A stretch of 63,342 nt of DNA, filler included, from Circinaria calcarea (GCA_051942165.1; 39 parts of 39 records of this genome joined end to end with filler, not necessarily neighbours in it); one strand, 5' to 3'. Counted from the first letter of the whole stretch, positions 25,889 to 39,043 are shown. Numbers and translations: made by a program. The notes: a model not told the origin generated them from the sequence alone.

Positions 25889-27548
25889 CAAAGGCAATGC
25901 TAGTCACTGGTATAAGGCAGGGGCTCTGTATATGCGCACGGGTTCTATACCAATAGCTGGCAAGTAAGAAGTGACAATAGAAGTATATTGCTACACTTGT
26001 AAGGTCTTGACCACACAGGTCAAATACTANNNNNNNNNNNNNNNNNNNNNNNNNNNNNNNNNNNNNNNNNNNNTTAATTAATTAANNNNNNNNNNNNNNN
26101 NNNNNNNNNNNNNNNNNNNNNNNNNNNNNGCGGTTGGGTTAGGAGATGGAGGGGGATTTTGGAAGGAGGAAGGAAGGAGGGATAGAGGGATGGGGGAGAG
26201 GGAGAGACGCTCAGGGTTCCTTCTAATTTCCCGGGTTTTTTGAAAAGTTTGTTTTGATCGGGATGGATATAAAATTTTGAGGCGGGATTTTTCGCGGGAA
26301 GTTGAATTGACATGACTCTAGGCGGTCGCGAGGTTTTCGAATTGAAAAGTTGAGGACGGATAAGTCTGTAGTTCAGAGGGGTTGAAATTAAAACGAGAAA
26401 AGTAACAGGGGATTATTCTAGCCGCCTAACCTTTAAAAGGAAATTTTTAACCCTGCGCTAACTTGTTTGAGGTTTTCACACATCATCGTTAAAAGTCGAT
26501 GTCAAGATGTGTATCGAAGGCGGCCCCCTCGGTGGAAAAGAGACATATGCTGAGGCAAAACTTCGGAAGGCCACTTCCGAAATTTCCTCTTTTCACGCCA
26601 AGCCGGGATTTGAGGTTTGGATGTACATTGTTGAGAGTCGGTGTTAATGTTTTAAACTGAAGCTTACTCCGAGGATAATTATGTCCACCTGTAGTCAAGT
26701 TGCACACCAGCAACGCCAATTGTAGGGGAATCATTTTAGGGAGCAGAGTCGAAGCTTGCGTGGCACATACTATGGTTACCCTATATTGCCATCCGCTCTC
26801 TTGGTACCTATCGTCGTTGTACACATCATTGACATAGAAACTATATTGTGCAAATTTTGCAAGGATCTTTAAGATAGGCCATATAGTAAGCAAAGCAGTG
26901 CATTGAAGTAAAAGCTCCTAAAGGGAATATTTGACCACATCTGAGGTCTCGTGCCTCTTTGTTAGACCTTGAACTTTTTGCTTCATTTTGATTTTTGGTT
27001 ACTGCTACGAATGTTGGTTAGAATAAGGTGATTGAACTGGAGGTTTTCCTCCCCGGTGGCTTCGATATTCCAATCTATTCTCGATCCTACTGCCATGTTT
27101 TGAACTTATCCTCTACAAGACCAGTATGGCGATGTTGCGGGCAACAGGGGTGTTGGGGCAAACTCCTGGTAATCGGAGTACAGTGAATAGACTTGTCAGC
27201 AACAGTTTCCCAACTTAGTCTCGAGCAGCCAAGAAGACGTAAACACGCAGTGTTAATCTCCGGCGAATACAGGCTCAGAGATAGGCTGTGTGGAAGGAAA
27301 TGTGGAAGATTTATCATGTAGAACATGTGGCATTCGTACAAAAGTTCAGACACGTCATTTAATCCTCAAAATATGTCGTCCGTAATGTGGGCATTGTTTG
27401 GGATGACGTCGCCGGAAAAGTGCAAACGACCTTCACAATAACCTGTATTTGATCGTCATGGCCTTCAAGCTCTGCCTTCTCTTCATCTTCCAACACGCCC
27501 TACAGCTAAACATAACACTTCTCGCAAAGAGTTCTGCAGAGCGTTGAG

Positions 27549-27650
27549 ATGGCTGAAAAAGTAAAGGAAGTCGCAGTGGAGGAAGCGGAACGGATCAAAG
27601 TTCTAGCTACAGATGCTGCTCGCTCAGGCGCATATCTCTATCCGATTCGG
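27549..27650 (+). CDS. First exon of an EI24/RRT8(LDS)-like membrane protein
   Basis: MAEKVKEVAVEEAERIKVLATDAARSGAYLYPIR followed by a GTCAGT donor. The SGAYLYP motif is recognisable. Confidence 0.65.
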
Positions 27651-27782
27651 GTCAGTANNNNNNNNNNNNNNNNNNNNNNNNNNNNNNNNNNNNNNNNNNN
27701 NTTAATTAATTAANNNNNNNNNNNNNNNNNNNNNNNNNNNNNNNNNNNNNNNNNNNNGAGTACTATCTATTATTTATACATC

Positions 27783-28422
27783 ATGGACATTTCCACCCCC
27801 TTAATCGATCCGCCGGCGCTGGATACCAGCTGGGTAGATCCAATACATCTTAATGACTTTCTTGATGACTCAAGCAGAAGCAGAGGACCAAGCGGAGCAG
27901 GGTTGGCAGGACCTGATCCCTGCCTTGAATACCGACGACAATGAGATTCAAGACTACATTATTATTGGCGGCGTTTAAGACAGAAACAGGGTCATCCATT
28001 CGGATTCCACCCCCCTCGCCATTCGCTCGAGCCAGCCACGAGCAGTCACTCCAGCCAGTCCTCTTGCCCCTTCCCCCTCAACTTCCTTTCATGACATCGA
28101 CGAGTATGATCCAAGCTCTTCCTCCTCTAGCGACGAGCTAGAAGAGCTCTTCCTACCCCTACCCCCATCTCTTCTACTAACGAGCAACGGGCGCATTCGA
28201 AAACCGACGAGGAACTTAGCCTCACAGCAGGAGCAGCAGGCCATGGCTGCTGCGGCGAAGGCAGCGGAAGAAGAGAGGAAGGAATCGGCAAGAAAGGAAA
28301 GAGCTATCGAAAAGCTCAAGGCGGAGGAAGAAAAACGGGCAAAGGCCAAGGCCAAGAAAAAGCAGCAGCGTGCAGGAAAGAAGACAGGCGAGTCGCAGTT
28401 AGATACCATCGAATTGGACTAG
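27783..28422 (+). pseudogene. Degenerate coding remnant with a K/E/A-rich coiled-coil end, possibly transposon-derived
   Basis: ..TSNGRIRKPTRNLASQQEQQAMAAAAKAAEEERKE..KKQQRAGKKTGESQLDTIELD*. The upstream part is broken by stops and frame changes. Confidence 0.35.
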
Positions 28423-28842
28423 AAAGGAGGCTTTCCTAGTTATAATAATATTAGTTAGTATAGGATTAAGGAGTAGGGGCTCACCGCATTGATTATTTCA
28501 TAATAATCTAGAAAAGCGAGTTCCATTGTGCGCTGACGCATATAAAAATTTATATTCTACATGCACGAATTCGCTTGCAATATTGCGTAATGCAATTAGC
28601 TTATTTTCTATGCACTTTCACTATTACGTTCGTAAACTAGTAAGGGATCAAGTATTGACATTTGGGCATAGGCATATTAATAAGGAATCGCCACCTGCCG
28701 ATTTTCGTAGAAAATGGAGGTCCCCGGGAGGGTTCTGATAGGGGTTCAGCCCGTATGCAGAAGGGATTTCTTACTAAGCGGCCAAAGAAGTGACTGTGCC
28801 CAAATGTTGCGGTGTATGATGTGGTGTTGTGAGGCTATTAAA

Positions 28843-29260
28843 GGTGCTCGACCTGTAAGGAGGCTGTAAGAGTGCTCCGGTGGAGGCAATTTGAAGGTGC
28901 TCGACCTGTTCGGAAGCTGTAGGAGCGTTCCGCTAAAAGGGGTAGAGGCGACGGCCTGTTCGGAGGCCATGGGGGCGCTCTATTGAGGCTATTCGGAGGT
29001 GCTCGACCTGTTCGGAAGCTGTAGGAGCGTTCCGCTAGAAGGGATAGAGGCGACGGCCTGTTCGGGGGCCATGGGGCGCTCTATCGAGGCTGTTCGGAGG
29101 TGCTCGACCTGTTTGGAGGCGGGGAGAGTGTTCCGCTGGGGGTGATAGAGGCATCTGCCTGTTCAGGGGCTATGAGGGCGCACTATGGAGGCTGTTCGGA
29201 GGTGCTCGGCCTGTTGCGGAGGCGATTGTAGTTGCCCTGCCTGTTTGGAAGCGCTTGTTC
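28843..29260 (+). repeat. ~102-bp tandem minisatellite (about 4 copies) built from CTGTTCGGAG sub-repeats
   Basis: GGTGCTCG(A/G)CCTGTT at 28896, 28998, 29099 and 29201. Confidence 0.85.
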
Positions 29261-29384
29261 AGCGCGTATAGCGTAGGGGTTGACNNNNNNNNNNNNNNNN
29301 NNNNNNNNNNNNNNNNNNNNNNNNNNNNTTAATTAATTAANNNNNNNNNNNNNNNNNNNNNNNNNNNNNNNNNNNNNNNNNNNN

Positions 29385-29697
29385 TTTTACTCTCAATGGT
29401 GGAAAAGTCCTTACATTTGATGGATCAATAGTTACCATCAACAACACCCCCTTTCATTCTGGCCCCAATGGTCTTTTGAGTGGTACAGCAGTTATTCCCG
29501 GCCCCGGTGCTACAGCTACTATGGCCACGACGGCTTTAGGAAGTGAAGGAGCTTTGGCATTTTCCTCGGCTACTCCTGGATCAGCATCTTCCACCAATAT
29601 ATTAGACTTCCAAGGACGTGCTAATATATACAGAGCGACGTCCGTAGCCCTAGCGTTAGATATAGGATTCTACTTGGCAGTATTATTTTTATATTGA
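29385..29697 (+). CDS. C-terminus of a putative GPI-anchored cell-surface protein
   Basis: Open frame from the contig start. T/G/S/A-rich, then FQGRA and a hydrophobic tail. Confidence 0.55.
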
Positions 29698-31396
29698 CCG
29701 AAAGTCTGTTGAAATACTTTCTGTCAAATCTTCATAAGGTTAGAGCCTCGGGTGCACGTTGGTCCGTACCCCCACTATATATGGAAAGATTCTTCTGCTG
29801 TTATACACAACAGAAACATATACATAGCATACACGCTTAGTAGTAGAAAACCTACTACCAGCTATCCTTCATGCACTCATACTGATCCAGCAGCTTAATA
29901 CTTTCCGGAAAATTAATTCATCCAAGTGCCAGGAATGTTTGCTCATGTGACAAACTTCCAAACTACGTCGCCGGATCCCTCGGTGAGGTGGGGTGGGGTA
30001 TTGAGAACACTGACCGACCACAGCATAGCATGGAAAGAGCACGTAGTATAGCATAGCACGCAGCATAGCATAGCTCACAGCATTAGCAATAGCACGTAGT
30101 ACAGCATAAAGCTGCGGTATAGCATAAAGCTATTAGCATAAAGTTATACCACGCTAAGCCTAATAAGCCCAAATAGGTTAGAAAAACTAGGCTTAATCGA
30201 GCCAAAAACTAAGCCCTTTGAGGCCAATTTTGAGGCCAGAGTGAGAACACCGCAAAATTTTGGTTCGGTTCGGAAAATCTCCCGCCGAAGTTAAACCCTT
30301 CCACTCATTCTTCGTTTCAGGGCAATAAGTTTATAATAATTAATTATGAAAGATTCAGGGGGGGGGGGGGGAAATATGCTGCGGCATTTAACCGCATGCG
30401 GCATCGCGTACCATAGGGATTTCTTTCAAGAGTTTCGCTTGCGACTCCCGCAGAATTTTGCTCGGATCGGACCGGGTCGTGCCCAGATTTCAAACCCTTC
30501 AACGTTCGTTCCTCGTTTCAGGGCATCGGCCATTATTCCCTCTATTTCAATCGTCTAATCGACATTAAGATAGTCTTACGTTGTTGAGATGATTTAATGG
30601 GTTGCACTGCACTGCACCGGCTGAGCCTGCACTGTTGGACGCCTTGCCGTCAACGCAATCCACGCCCGTGTTATATCTGGAGAAAAATATTAAGCGAGAA
30701 AACGACTGTTGGATAAAGGCCCAATCTCGTTTCTCGGTCTAACCGTTAGGTGTGTATGTGATTGAAGATCGCAAAAACATGGAGAAATGTTGGCTTGGGA
30801 AGTCTGAAATCAGCTTGACCGGGCCGCTTTTTGGTGGAGTTTGCTGGGGGGAAGGGGGGAAGGGAGGAGGAGAGGGATTCGTTGTTCGGGACAGAAGGTT
30901 CTGGTGGGAGANNNNNNNNNNNNNNNNNNNNNNNNNNNNNNNNNNNNNNNNNNNNTTAATTAATTAANNNNNNNNNNNNNNNNNNNNNNNNNNNNNNNNN
31001 NNNNNNNNNNNCTTTTTCCCCTTTCCCCCTTCCCAGGGAACTAGAGGGAGCTACAATAAAATCACCAAGTCAGAAATGGGGGAAAATTCCACGCCCCCGC
31101 GCCTGCGTCCTCGGCTATTTCGACGAACGGGATTGGGGGGGAAAAAACACCATAGTGTAACGGTAACGGGTTTCGAAAAAAAGAAACGGCAAAAATTGCC
31201 TCAACACCCTAGTCGAACGAAACGATGCAAAAGCACCCCTAAAGCAAAGCAACCCCAACCGGGGCAAAAGAGTACACTCGATTATTCCCTATCGCTATTC
31301 CTATTCCTGTTGATAGTCCTAGATTCCTAATCCCGCTAATCCTACCTAGGCTAAGAAAAGTCCCCAAACTCGGGATAAAATTCCTCCTCTCGGCCT

Positions 31397-32130
31397 TCAA
31401 ACCTCAAAATACAAGACGCAAATCACCACGTCAAAGCCCTTGTCCAGCTCACCCTCCCACGTGCAATCCCGCATCCCGTCCCGGTCGTCCCGATCCCACG
31501 ACGCTTTCAACCCGAAGAAGCGGCCCGTTCTCCCGACCGCCTCGGTGGCATTCCTCGCTCCCGTCCTAGCTCTAGGGGGCGAGTTCACGGCTGTAGGACC
31601 CGGGGCATCGGCAGGAGCTTTGGCGTCCTTCCGTGCAGCCTCCCCCTCCTCCTTTGCGGCAAGAGCTTCTTCATCCGCGAGTACCTATTCCCACGCCACC
31701 CCGGGACCATGCAGCAAGAGTCTGTTCTTCCGAGAAAGGCGCACGGGGTCATGGGTACCCAAAGGACGGCCTTTGGACGAGAAGCCGGGGATGGTGTACT
31801 CGGGCGTGCTGACTTGGGTGGCCGGAGTTAGAGCTACGGGAGCCGCATGTTGGAGGGTGGCGGCCGTAACGACGAACTTATATGTCAAACCTGCACTTTT
31901 GGTGTCGGTGGTGAGCTGGGCGAGAATGTGGTCCTGGCGAACGGCAGGTCTGAGATTAACCACTCGTCTCACGTGGAAATTTGGGGAAGCGTACTGTCAA
32001 CCGGTTGCCCCAGTTGGGGATCTGGCTATGGGAATAGCCGTGAACATCTTGGAAATGGAGGCACAGGCCTGAGGGAATATAATACCGGGTTCGGCGACGG
32101 CCGGGCGAAGGGGGATCGACAATGTTATAA
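31397..32130 (-). pseudogene. Hypothetical protein pseudogene
   Basis: ORF-track fragments 31397-31588 and 31685-31972 share one frame, broken by in-frame TAG (31687-31685) and TGA (31999-31997). Confidence 0.45.
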
Positions 32131-32638
32131 CTCACATCGAGCACAATCTTCTGCAGGCGGACCTCAGCAACGGGTAGGATTCTGCTCCTCGGAACGCAAT
32201 GGCTTCGAACGCGATGCATGACTTAGAACGGTGATGGCATATTAGGAGAAGCTATGACAATTGATGATGCGAGGATTTAGTGGTTGCATGCTGTTGACTC
32301 CTTTGTTGGCCTGGATGCGGATTTGAACACCATTGCTCCCTGACCGATAGGTGGTCGATATCTTTATGCCCCCAATCTACACATTGAAACTTACTATAGA
32401 AATCCCAGCATATAGCTTTTATTTTCCCCGAGCTGGACGAGGGTTTCATATTTGAGCCTGCCGCTCAAAGCGGGATCTAGAAATAAAGATACAAAAACTT
32501 GATCGATCAGACCGACGGATTATTAATTTCTTTATGATNNNNNNNNNNNNNNNNNNNNNNNNNNNNNNNNNNNNNNNNNNNNTTAATTAATTAANNNNNN
32601 NNNNNNNNNNNNNNNNNNNNNNNNNNNNNNNNNNNNNN

Positions 32639-33394
32639 CCCGGCCTGACGTGGGTAGTAGAATTCAACGCATATCTCGACTTTTCGGTTTACTCTGTTGA
32701 TACCTCTCTGAGCTCCAATCCTTTATTGCTAGCGCAAGTGGACAACCTTGCGAAGGATCAGATGGAGCTGGAACACAAAAAACCCCTTGTCATCAACCCC
32801 AATTGGATATTGGCTGCCTGGTCAGTAGACCGTTATGGAGTCCTTCCTAGCGACAGGGCGGCCGCCACCGAGCTCGTGCAGATTATGGCCACGCTATATG
32901 CCGACTCTATCTCGAATTCTCTTAGTGTTGATGAGTGGGCCATTCAGCTTGTGTATTTGTTGTACTTTACTAGGCTCTCCGTTGGGCAATCCATGTCTAT
33001 GGTCAACTATTATTCCGGTCCGGTTCCTTCGAATCCTTCCATGGACACTATCAAGGATCCTACGAACCCGATCTTCACGCATTATGCCACTGTCCATGTC
33101 TGGGCTTACGGACTCAGTGGACGCACCTCTTATTTGGGCATTGCAGTTGTCCTTGCAGGCGTCGCGTGCGTACTTCTAAGGACGGTGCTCAGTCTCCTCT
33201 CAGGCTTGCACGAACGTTCCACGGTTGAGATTATCGTTGCTGCCCTCGAACATCGTCCACAGGGCGAATTTGATGGATTGGACCACGAAAACCATATGGC
33301 GAAAGTCAGATATGAGATCATCGAAAACCATCAGGAGAAGCTCAAGTTTGTGCCCGAGGCAAGATATCACGGTGTTGCCAGTGTTATTACGTGA
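32639..33394 (+). CDS. Fungal hypothetical membrane protein, C-terminal part
   Basis: Open frame from the contig start. YGLSGRTSYLG precedes a transmembrane helix (IAVVLAGVACVLL). Confidence 0.7.
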   Translation, partial: PGLTWVVEFNAYLDFSVYSVDTSLSSNPLLLAQVDNLAKDQMELEHKKPLVINPNWILAAWSVDRYGVLPSDRAAATELVQIMATLYADSISNSLSVDEWAIQLVYLLYFTRLSVGQSMSMVNYYSGPVPSNPSMDTIKDPTNPIFTHYATVHVWAYGLSGRTSYLGIAVVLAGVACVLLRTVLSLLSGLHERSTVEIIVAALEHRPQGEFDGLDHENHMAKVRYEIIENHQEKLKFVPEARYHGVASVIT

Positions 33395-34269
33395 TGCGCG
33401 ATTGGATTCCAATCAATTTTTCAATGACCGCTGGAGGGTGTTTCCAGTGTTAATACGGGAGGGTCCAACGAGCTGTTTTGGGTATTGCCATTTCTTTCCG
33501 ATTTCTTAGGATAATTTTCGTGCGGAGGAGGACTCGTGGATGTTAGGCTCTACCGGTTAGAATACACCCAGGGCCGGCTAATGTGCCTTATGATGATGGA
33601 TGATATTTTCGGATAAACGGGAAGAAAGCGGACCATCTCTTTCGGAAATATTTTTGGTTTATTTTTATACCGCTACAAAATTCTAAACTAGCAAACAGCC
33701 TAGACAGACCTTTTTTAGGGGAGCCGTAACGAATGTAAATCTATCCCTTTTTTTAAAACCAAAAAAAATAAAAAAAGCAATAGAGCTCTTTTAAAAAAAG
33801 AAAAAGAACAAAAATTCACACATCTCCAGTGTAGCCGTTTCTCCATTTTTTTTCAGCTTGTAGTCCTTCCACTAATCTTCCTTGGACCTTGGGTATCTCA
33901 CAATTACTATTATATCTGCCATTCGGTCAAGTTAAATGGTACGGATCCCGCTTTCTGTCTTCTTTCTGTCTTTCTTCTCCTTGTTAAGGAGATTTTTTCT
34001 TCCAATAAAAGAGAATAGCGGGCCCTAAGGGCATATATAGGCCTAGCCCTTTAATTTTTTATTATTATTATACAGATTCTCCCCGGTAGGTTCCTTTTTC
34101 TCATATTGTACAAATATACCCACCACCCCTTTTTCTCCATTTGCCCATTCTTGTTTACAGCACCCNNNNNNNNNNNNNNNNNNNNNNNNNNNNNNNNNNN
34201 NNNNNNNNNTTAATTAATTAANNNNNNNNNNNNNNNNNNNNNNNNNNNNNNNNNNNNNNNNNNNNGCAG

Positions 34270-35185
34270 AAAGAAGCACCAAAAGCGCTTGAGCGCCCCC
34301 TCACATTGGCTTCTTGACAAACTTGGTGGCTCCTACGCACCTCATCCATCGCCAGGCCCTCACAAGCTCCGTGATTGTCTTCCTCTCATCATCTTCCTCC
34401 GAAATCGCCTCAAATATGCCCTCAATGGTCGCGAGACCAAAGCCATCCTCATGCAACGCCTCGTCAAAGTTGATGGCAAGGTTCGCACAGATACCACGTA
34501 CCCTGCTGGCTATATGGATGTGATCACAATCGAGAAAACTGGCGAGCATTTTCGTCTGGTCTATGATACCAAGGGTCGCTTCACTGTCCACCGCATCGAA
34601 GCCGCTGAAGCCGAATACAAGTTGGGCAAGGTCAAGAGAGTACAACTGGGCAAGGGAGGAATCCCATTCTTGGTTACGCATGATGCTCGCACGTAAGTGG
34701 CACAGTGTCTCTCAGACGTTGGACCAATGTTTGGTGGGAAAAGTCCTCCAATGCATGCTGATGAGTCGTTGGATGTAGTATTCGATACCCAGACCCCGTT
34801 ATCAAGGTCAACGACACCGTCAAGATCGACATCGCCACTGGGAAAATCGTAGACTACATTCGCTTCGACACTGGTGTCATCGCCATGGTGACTGGTGGTC
34901 GCAATATGGGTCGTGTTGGTGTCATCATTCACCGTGAGCGTCATGATGGAGGTTTCAACATTGTCCACATCAAGGATGCTATTGACAACTCTTTCGCAAC
35001 CCGGGAGACGAATGTGTTCATCATTGGCAAGGAGAAGCCATGGATCAGTCTGCCAAAGGGCAAGGGTGTTAAGGTAGATTCCACCTCTAAGTTTCTGGTA
35101 TCATCTTCGATGCTAACTTATCGCGCAGCTGTCGATTGCTGAGGAGAGAGACCGCCGTCGTGCTTTCGCCATTGCTGGTTATTAA
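34270..35185 (+). CDS. RPS4: 40S ribosomal protein S4 (eS4), 5' partial; exons 34270-34692, 34779-35073, 35129-35185
   Basis: [18 protein letters not shown]...RNRLKYAL...THDART | IRYPDP...SLPKGKGVK | [11 protein letters not shown]. Confidence 0.98.
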
Positions 35186-35443
35186 TAAGCCAGTCGCGAG
35201 AGGATTGGCTGCTGAAACTGGGCAGAGAAAATTGAAACTGTAATCCAAAGATACCTCAGAAGCACATCATATTCATGAATGACAGGTGCTATCAGCAGTT
35301 CAAACGACCGAGATGCATCAAAGATGAGAACTTCACTTCAAGTGAAGTTCTATCCCTTCCATGGCCGAAGTGACCACGTATCGGTTCACTTCCTCCTCAA
35401 TGACAACTTATCCAATCTCTTATGTCGCAGGAAAAGCGCTTTC

Positions 35444-35791
35444 CTATTCCTTCTTCACGGAAATTGTAGTGCCCATGGTTCCAAACACTCCCAGCAATGT
35501 CGCAATCCTATTCACGCATAGAAAAACACTGGAGCCCACATTCCCCCAAGCCATGTCATTCCAAGCACCGATATTCCAAAAGGAGCTTTGCCCCATCCCA
35601 ACATAAGTACTATAAATATGTCCGAGATCTGCAATGGCTATGATGAACAGATACCCTCTTGCAGTGGTACGATCAGAGAAGAAGCAGACAAGGACAGCAA
35701 CGCCCAGAAGAAGCAGATACACGTTTCCGAGCTGGAGGGTGATTATGGTATTATTGGCTGACAGTGGTGGATGCGGAAGCCTGGAAGGCAC
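35444..35791 (-). CDS. Small conserved fungal multi-pass membrane protein, 5' partial
   Basis: QLGNVYLLL...IADLGHIY...WNDMAWGNVG, three hydrophobic segments. Convergent with RPS4. Confidence 0.75.
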   Translation of the reverse strand: MPSRLPHPPLSANNTIITLQLGNVYLLLLGVAVLVCFFSDRTTARGYLFIIAIADLGHIYSTYVGMGQSSFWNIGAWNDMAWGNVGSSVFLCVNRIATLLGVFGTMGTTISVKKE

Positions 35792-37517
35792 NNNNNNNNN
35801 NNNNNNNNNNNNNNNNNNNNNNNNNNNNNNNNNNNTTAATTAATTAANNNNNNNNNNNNNNNNNNNNNNNNNNNNNNNNNNNNNNNNNNNNGTTGGGATC
35901 TAACCAAAGAAATGCTGCCATTGGTCTCACGGTACCGACTGAACTGCTGCAGGCCGTTGGCAAAACTGGTTTTATTTGTAATGAATGACCTTCGAGTGCC
36001 CGCGAAACTCCACTACCAGGTATATGCGGCACAACGGCTTTATGACGAATATTAAGATCGACGATGGCATTCTATCGGGTACAATTCGTGTCCGGGTTCC
36101 TTTAAGGTATACGTGGGCCTAGAATAGTATTCCACCAATGACTACTCTCCTGTATTGTTTGTACACTAACTGGCACGCTTAATTTTCAGTGCGAAGCTTC
36201 ATGATTGCAATATCTCTGTACGATTATCAGGATATAGAAGGGTCTTGACGATGTATCTCCTCCAGTGTACATTCTTACATGCTACCCCTTGTCTTCACGG
36301 CTATCTATGTAGGTGCTGTCATCATAGGTAGGGACAAATTCATTATCCCAACAACAAACACTTTGAGCCCCGTCGCATTTCAGAGGCACAGGAGCCAAGC
36401 TGCCAGATCTTGATACCACCTGCTTGCCGGCTAGGTTGCAGAAAACAACCGATGGGCATGTTCTGAAAGATGGCCGTATCAATGTCCTTGTCGACACGAC
36501 CGGATATGTGTTCTCCAGTTTGTTCAGGGAGATTGTGTATATATTGCCACCCCCTTTCCAGGGTTCAATTATTCGTTCGTTTGCTAGAAACAGGTTTTGG
36601 TTTACCAAACCTAATTGCACACGAATGGACTCTGTGCTAATCAGTGTATATAATAACAATAACTTCATTGTCTTTCAACTCAAGTTCTTGACCAGCATGC
36701 TCAACCGGTGATTACCAGAGCAGTACCTCCTCACACCCGTTCTCAAAGAAGACTACAACTGTCTTCAACTGCTCATTGGGCCTTTGTAACTCGGATTCAT
36801 GCCTAGGTGCTTATTATTCCTCCAGAGTTGCTCTAGGAAGTAAGCCGCCATCAGTCCTAGGGTACCTTTCCCTAAGCAACTAAGAGAACCCAATAGGAGA
36901 TGCCTTAAGCTCGGAGATTGACATAGCCTTACCAACATAGCACTCTCTTTCCACCCCGAGCTAAAAATTGTATTGCGATTCTAGAAGATTCTTCCTCAGT
37001 CGGGCTACATCCGCCTTTCTATCCCGCCGTCCGAGATCCAGTCGCGAACCGGTAGCAAGTAACCTCAAGACCTTCCAAAGGGGTTCACACTGATCCTAGA
37101 TGTCGTGCTGTAAAGTGGTGCATGGAGAGGGAAGGAAACATTGGAGGGATTTCCTATATGCAGTGACGCGCAAAGTAACCTTGAGGGGAGTGTCAGGGGA
37201 TGGTAAATGGATTGAAGGTGGTGTTTTGCTGGGATCGGAATATTGAAGGGTGGGAGCAATGGTGTGGATGGAGTATGGATTCCTATACATAATAAAGGGC
37301 GTGACAAGAGGCACGTTATCGCCTCATAGGGTCACATTAAACGTGAAACCCAACCAAAACCTACCACCGCCGCATCCTCCCCCCTCCAGAAGGTAAAACC
37401 CCAGCCTGTCCCGTAACNNNNNNNNNNNNNNNNNNNNNNNNNNNNNNNNNNNNNNNNNNNNTTAATTAATTAANNNNNNNNNNNNNNNNNNNNNNNNNNN
37501 NNNNNNNNNNNNNNNNN

Positions 37518-39043
37518 CGAAGCAAAAACTTTTCGCCCTGCTGGCGCAAAACACATGGCACCCTTGAACCCGCGAACAGCACAATCACATCGTCTGCTTC
37601 GGCCGAATCAGGAGCGGTACCCATCAGACCGCGTTCGGTGAGGACGAGTGTTCTACCAATGTTGGTTGTGATGACATGTTCTTGCATCAGCCGGAACTCG
37701 GCGCTTTGCAGGTAAGTCTCTCGGGCATTGGGATGGAGAATGTTATGGGGGCATCCGTCTGCGAATTTGGTTTGGAACGCTTGCGTGACGATGGAATGGA
37801 AATTGGGATATAGACGTAGGATTTGTGCGGTGTCTCTCTCATCAATTGTATCCATGAGGAGTGTTCGACCAAAGGCGTTGACGAGTGGTTCGGCATATTG
37901 GTGGGGAGAAACTTTTTCTGTTATATGAATCCATTCTTGGATCGTTTGGTAGGCTACTTGGTACATGTCTGCTGTCGGCACGCGGCCGTTGAAACCGGTG
38001 TCTTCCCAACTCCAAACAAGCGGGCTTCCCCACTCTTTGATCACGTCAATGAACTGACCATTCAGGTTGAGGCACCTTCCATTCTCTGTAAAGTGGCATT
38101 GGACAAGAGTATTTTTAGAAGCACCAAACGCGAGATATTCCTTCATGAGGCAGGATGGTATCTGAGCAAAATCGGGCACCCAGGATGGTAGATTCTCTAT
38201 TCTGCTTGTTCCGGTCACGATGTGCAGGAGTAGAAGTGACTGGTCTTGCTGAATTGCGCATCGAGTAGCTTCGGTGTAGATTTGATGTACAGGCTTGCCA
38301 TAGTCAGGCGGAGGGAGTGGCCAGCCCAGGTGCTTGGCAATGCCGTAAAAAGCAAAGATTTTATCCTCTGGTTTCGTTGCGAATTTCCAGATGAGGGTGG
38401 AGAGGAACCAGGAGAAAGGCGCGGGTTGCGGTATAGGTTCTCCCTTGTCTCTCAGCTGAATTGCTTCTTTGAGCAGGCGGGGGACCCTCAGAGACATGGA
38501 CCAGTGCCGCTCAGACGGTGGCATATTCGCAGTATGATTAACGACAGCAGTATATAAAAGCTCGAAACGAATCATCTGCTCGCCACAGTAAAACCAAACC
38601 ACGTTTGGCCCCGACATCGCCACCTCTTGGACAACCCACATGCGCCGGAACCAAGAACGGGTGAGTAGGCTTCCAACTAGTCCACACGGGAGATTATCTG
38701 CATGCGGTCCTGTCTTGTAATGTTAGCTGATAGCTTGGTCGGTATACTTGAGAAGGTCTAATAGAATATACCTCGTAAGTCTGCCACTCGTCTCTCGGGC
38801 AGTCCTTTGCGCCAATCGAGAAACGGGCCGGGAATCATGGCAGCAATAGCAAGAAGAGACGTTTTCTTGAGACTCGAAATCTCAGCATCTGTAGCAGGCG
38901 TTGACGGCCCTAACCAGACATTGACCCGTGCGGCTTTTCGATAGATCTCGTCCATCAGCTCGACTTGTACGCTCTTTTCGGATGCCAGGTCTTGATTAAT
39001 ACAGACAGAATCTACCCAGACAGGGCGATCGTTAAAACGACCG
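37518..39043 (-). CDS. Heterokaryon incompatibility HET-domain protein (HET-6-like), partial, intron about 38710-38770
   Basis: WVDSVCINQ..EKSVQVELMDEIYRKAARVNVWLG; WFRRMWVVQE; ATKPEDKIFAFYG; PDY; LPSWVPDF; C-terminal G.MG..P....DD.IVLF.G..VP.VLR. Confidence 0.92.

Noticed and set aside
31440..32072. 210-aa plus-strand ORF
   Set aside because: No ATG start and no motifs. Probably the antisense shadow of a GC-rich minus-strand remnant.
35892..36711. Possible intron-containing gene remnant
   Set aside because: There are some splice-like signals but I could not build a coherent frame or recognise a motif.
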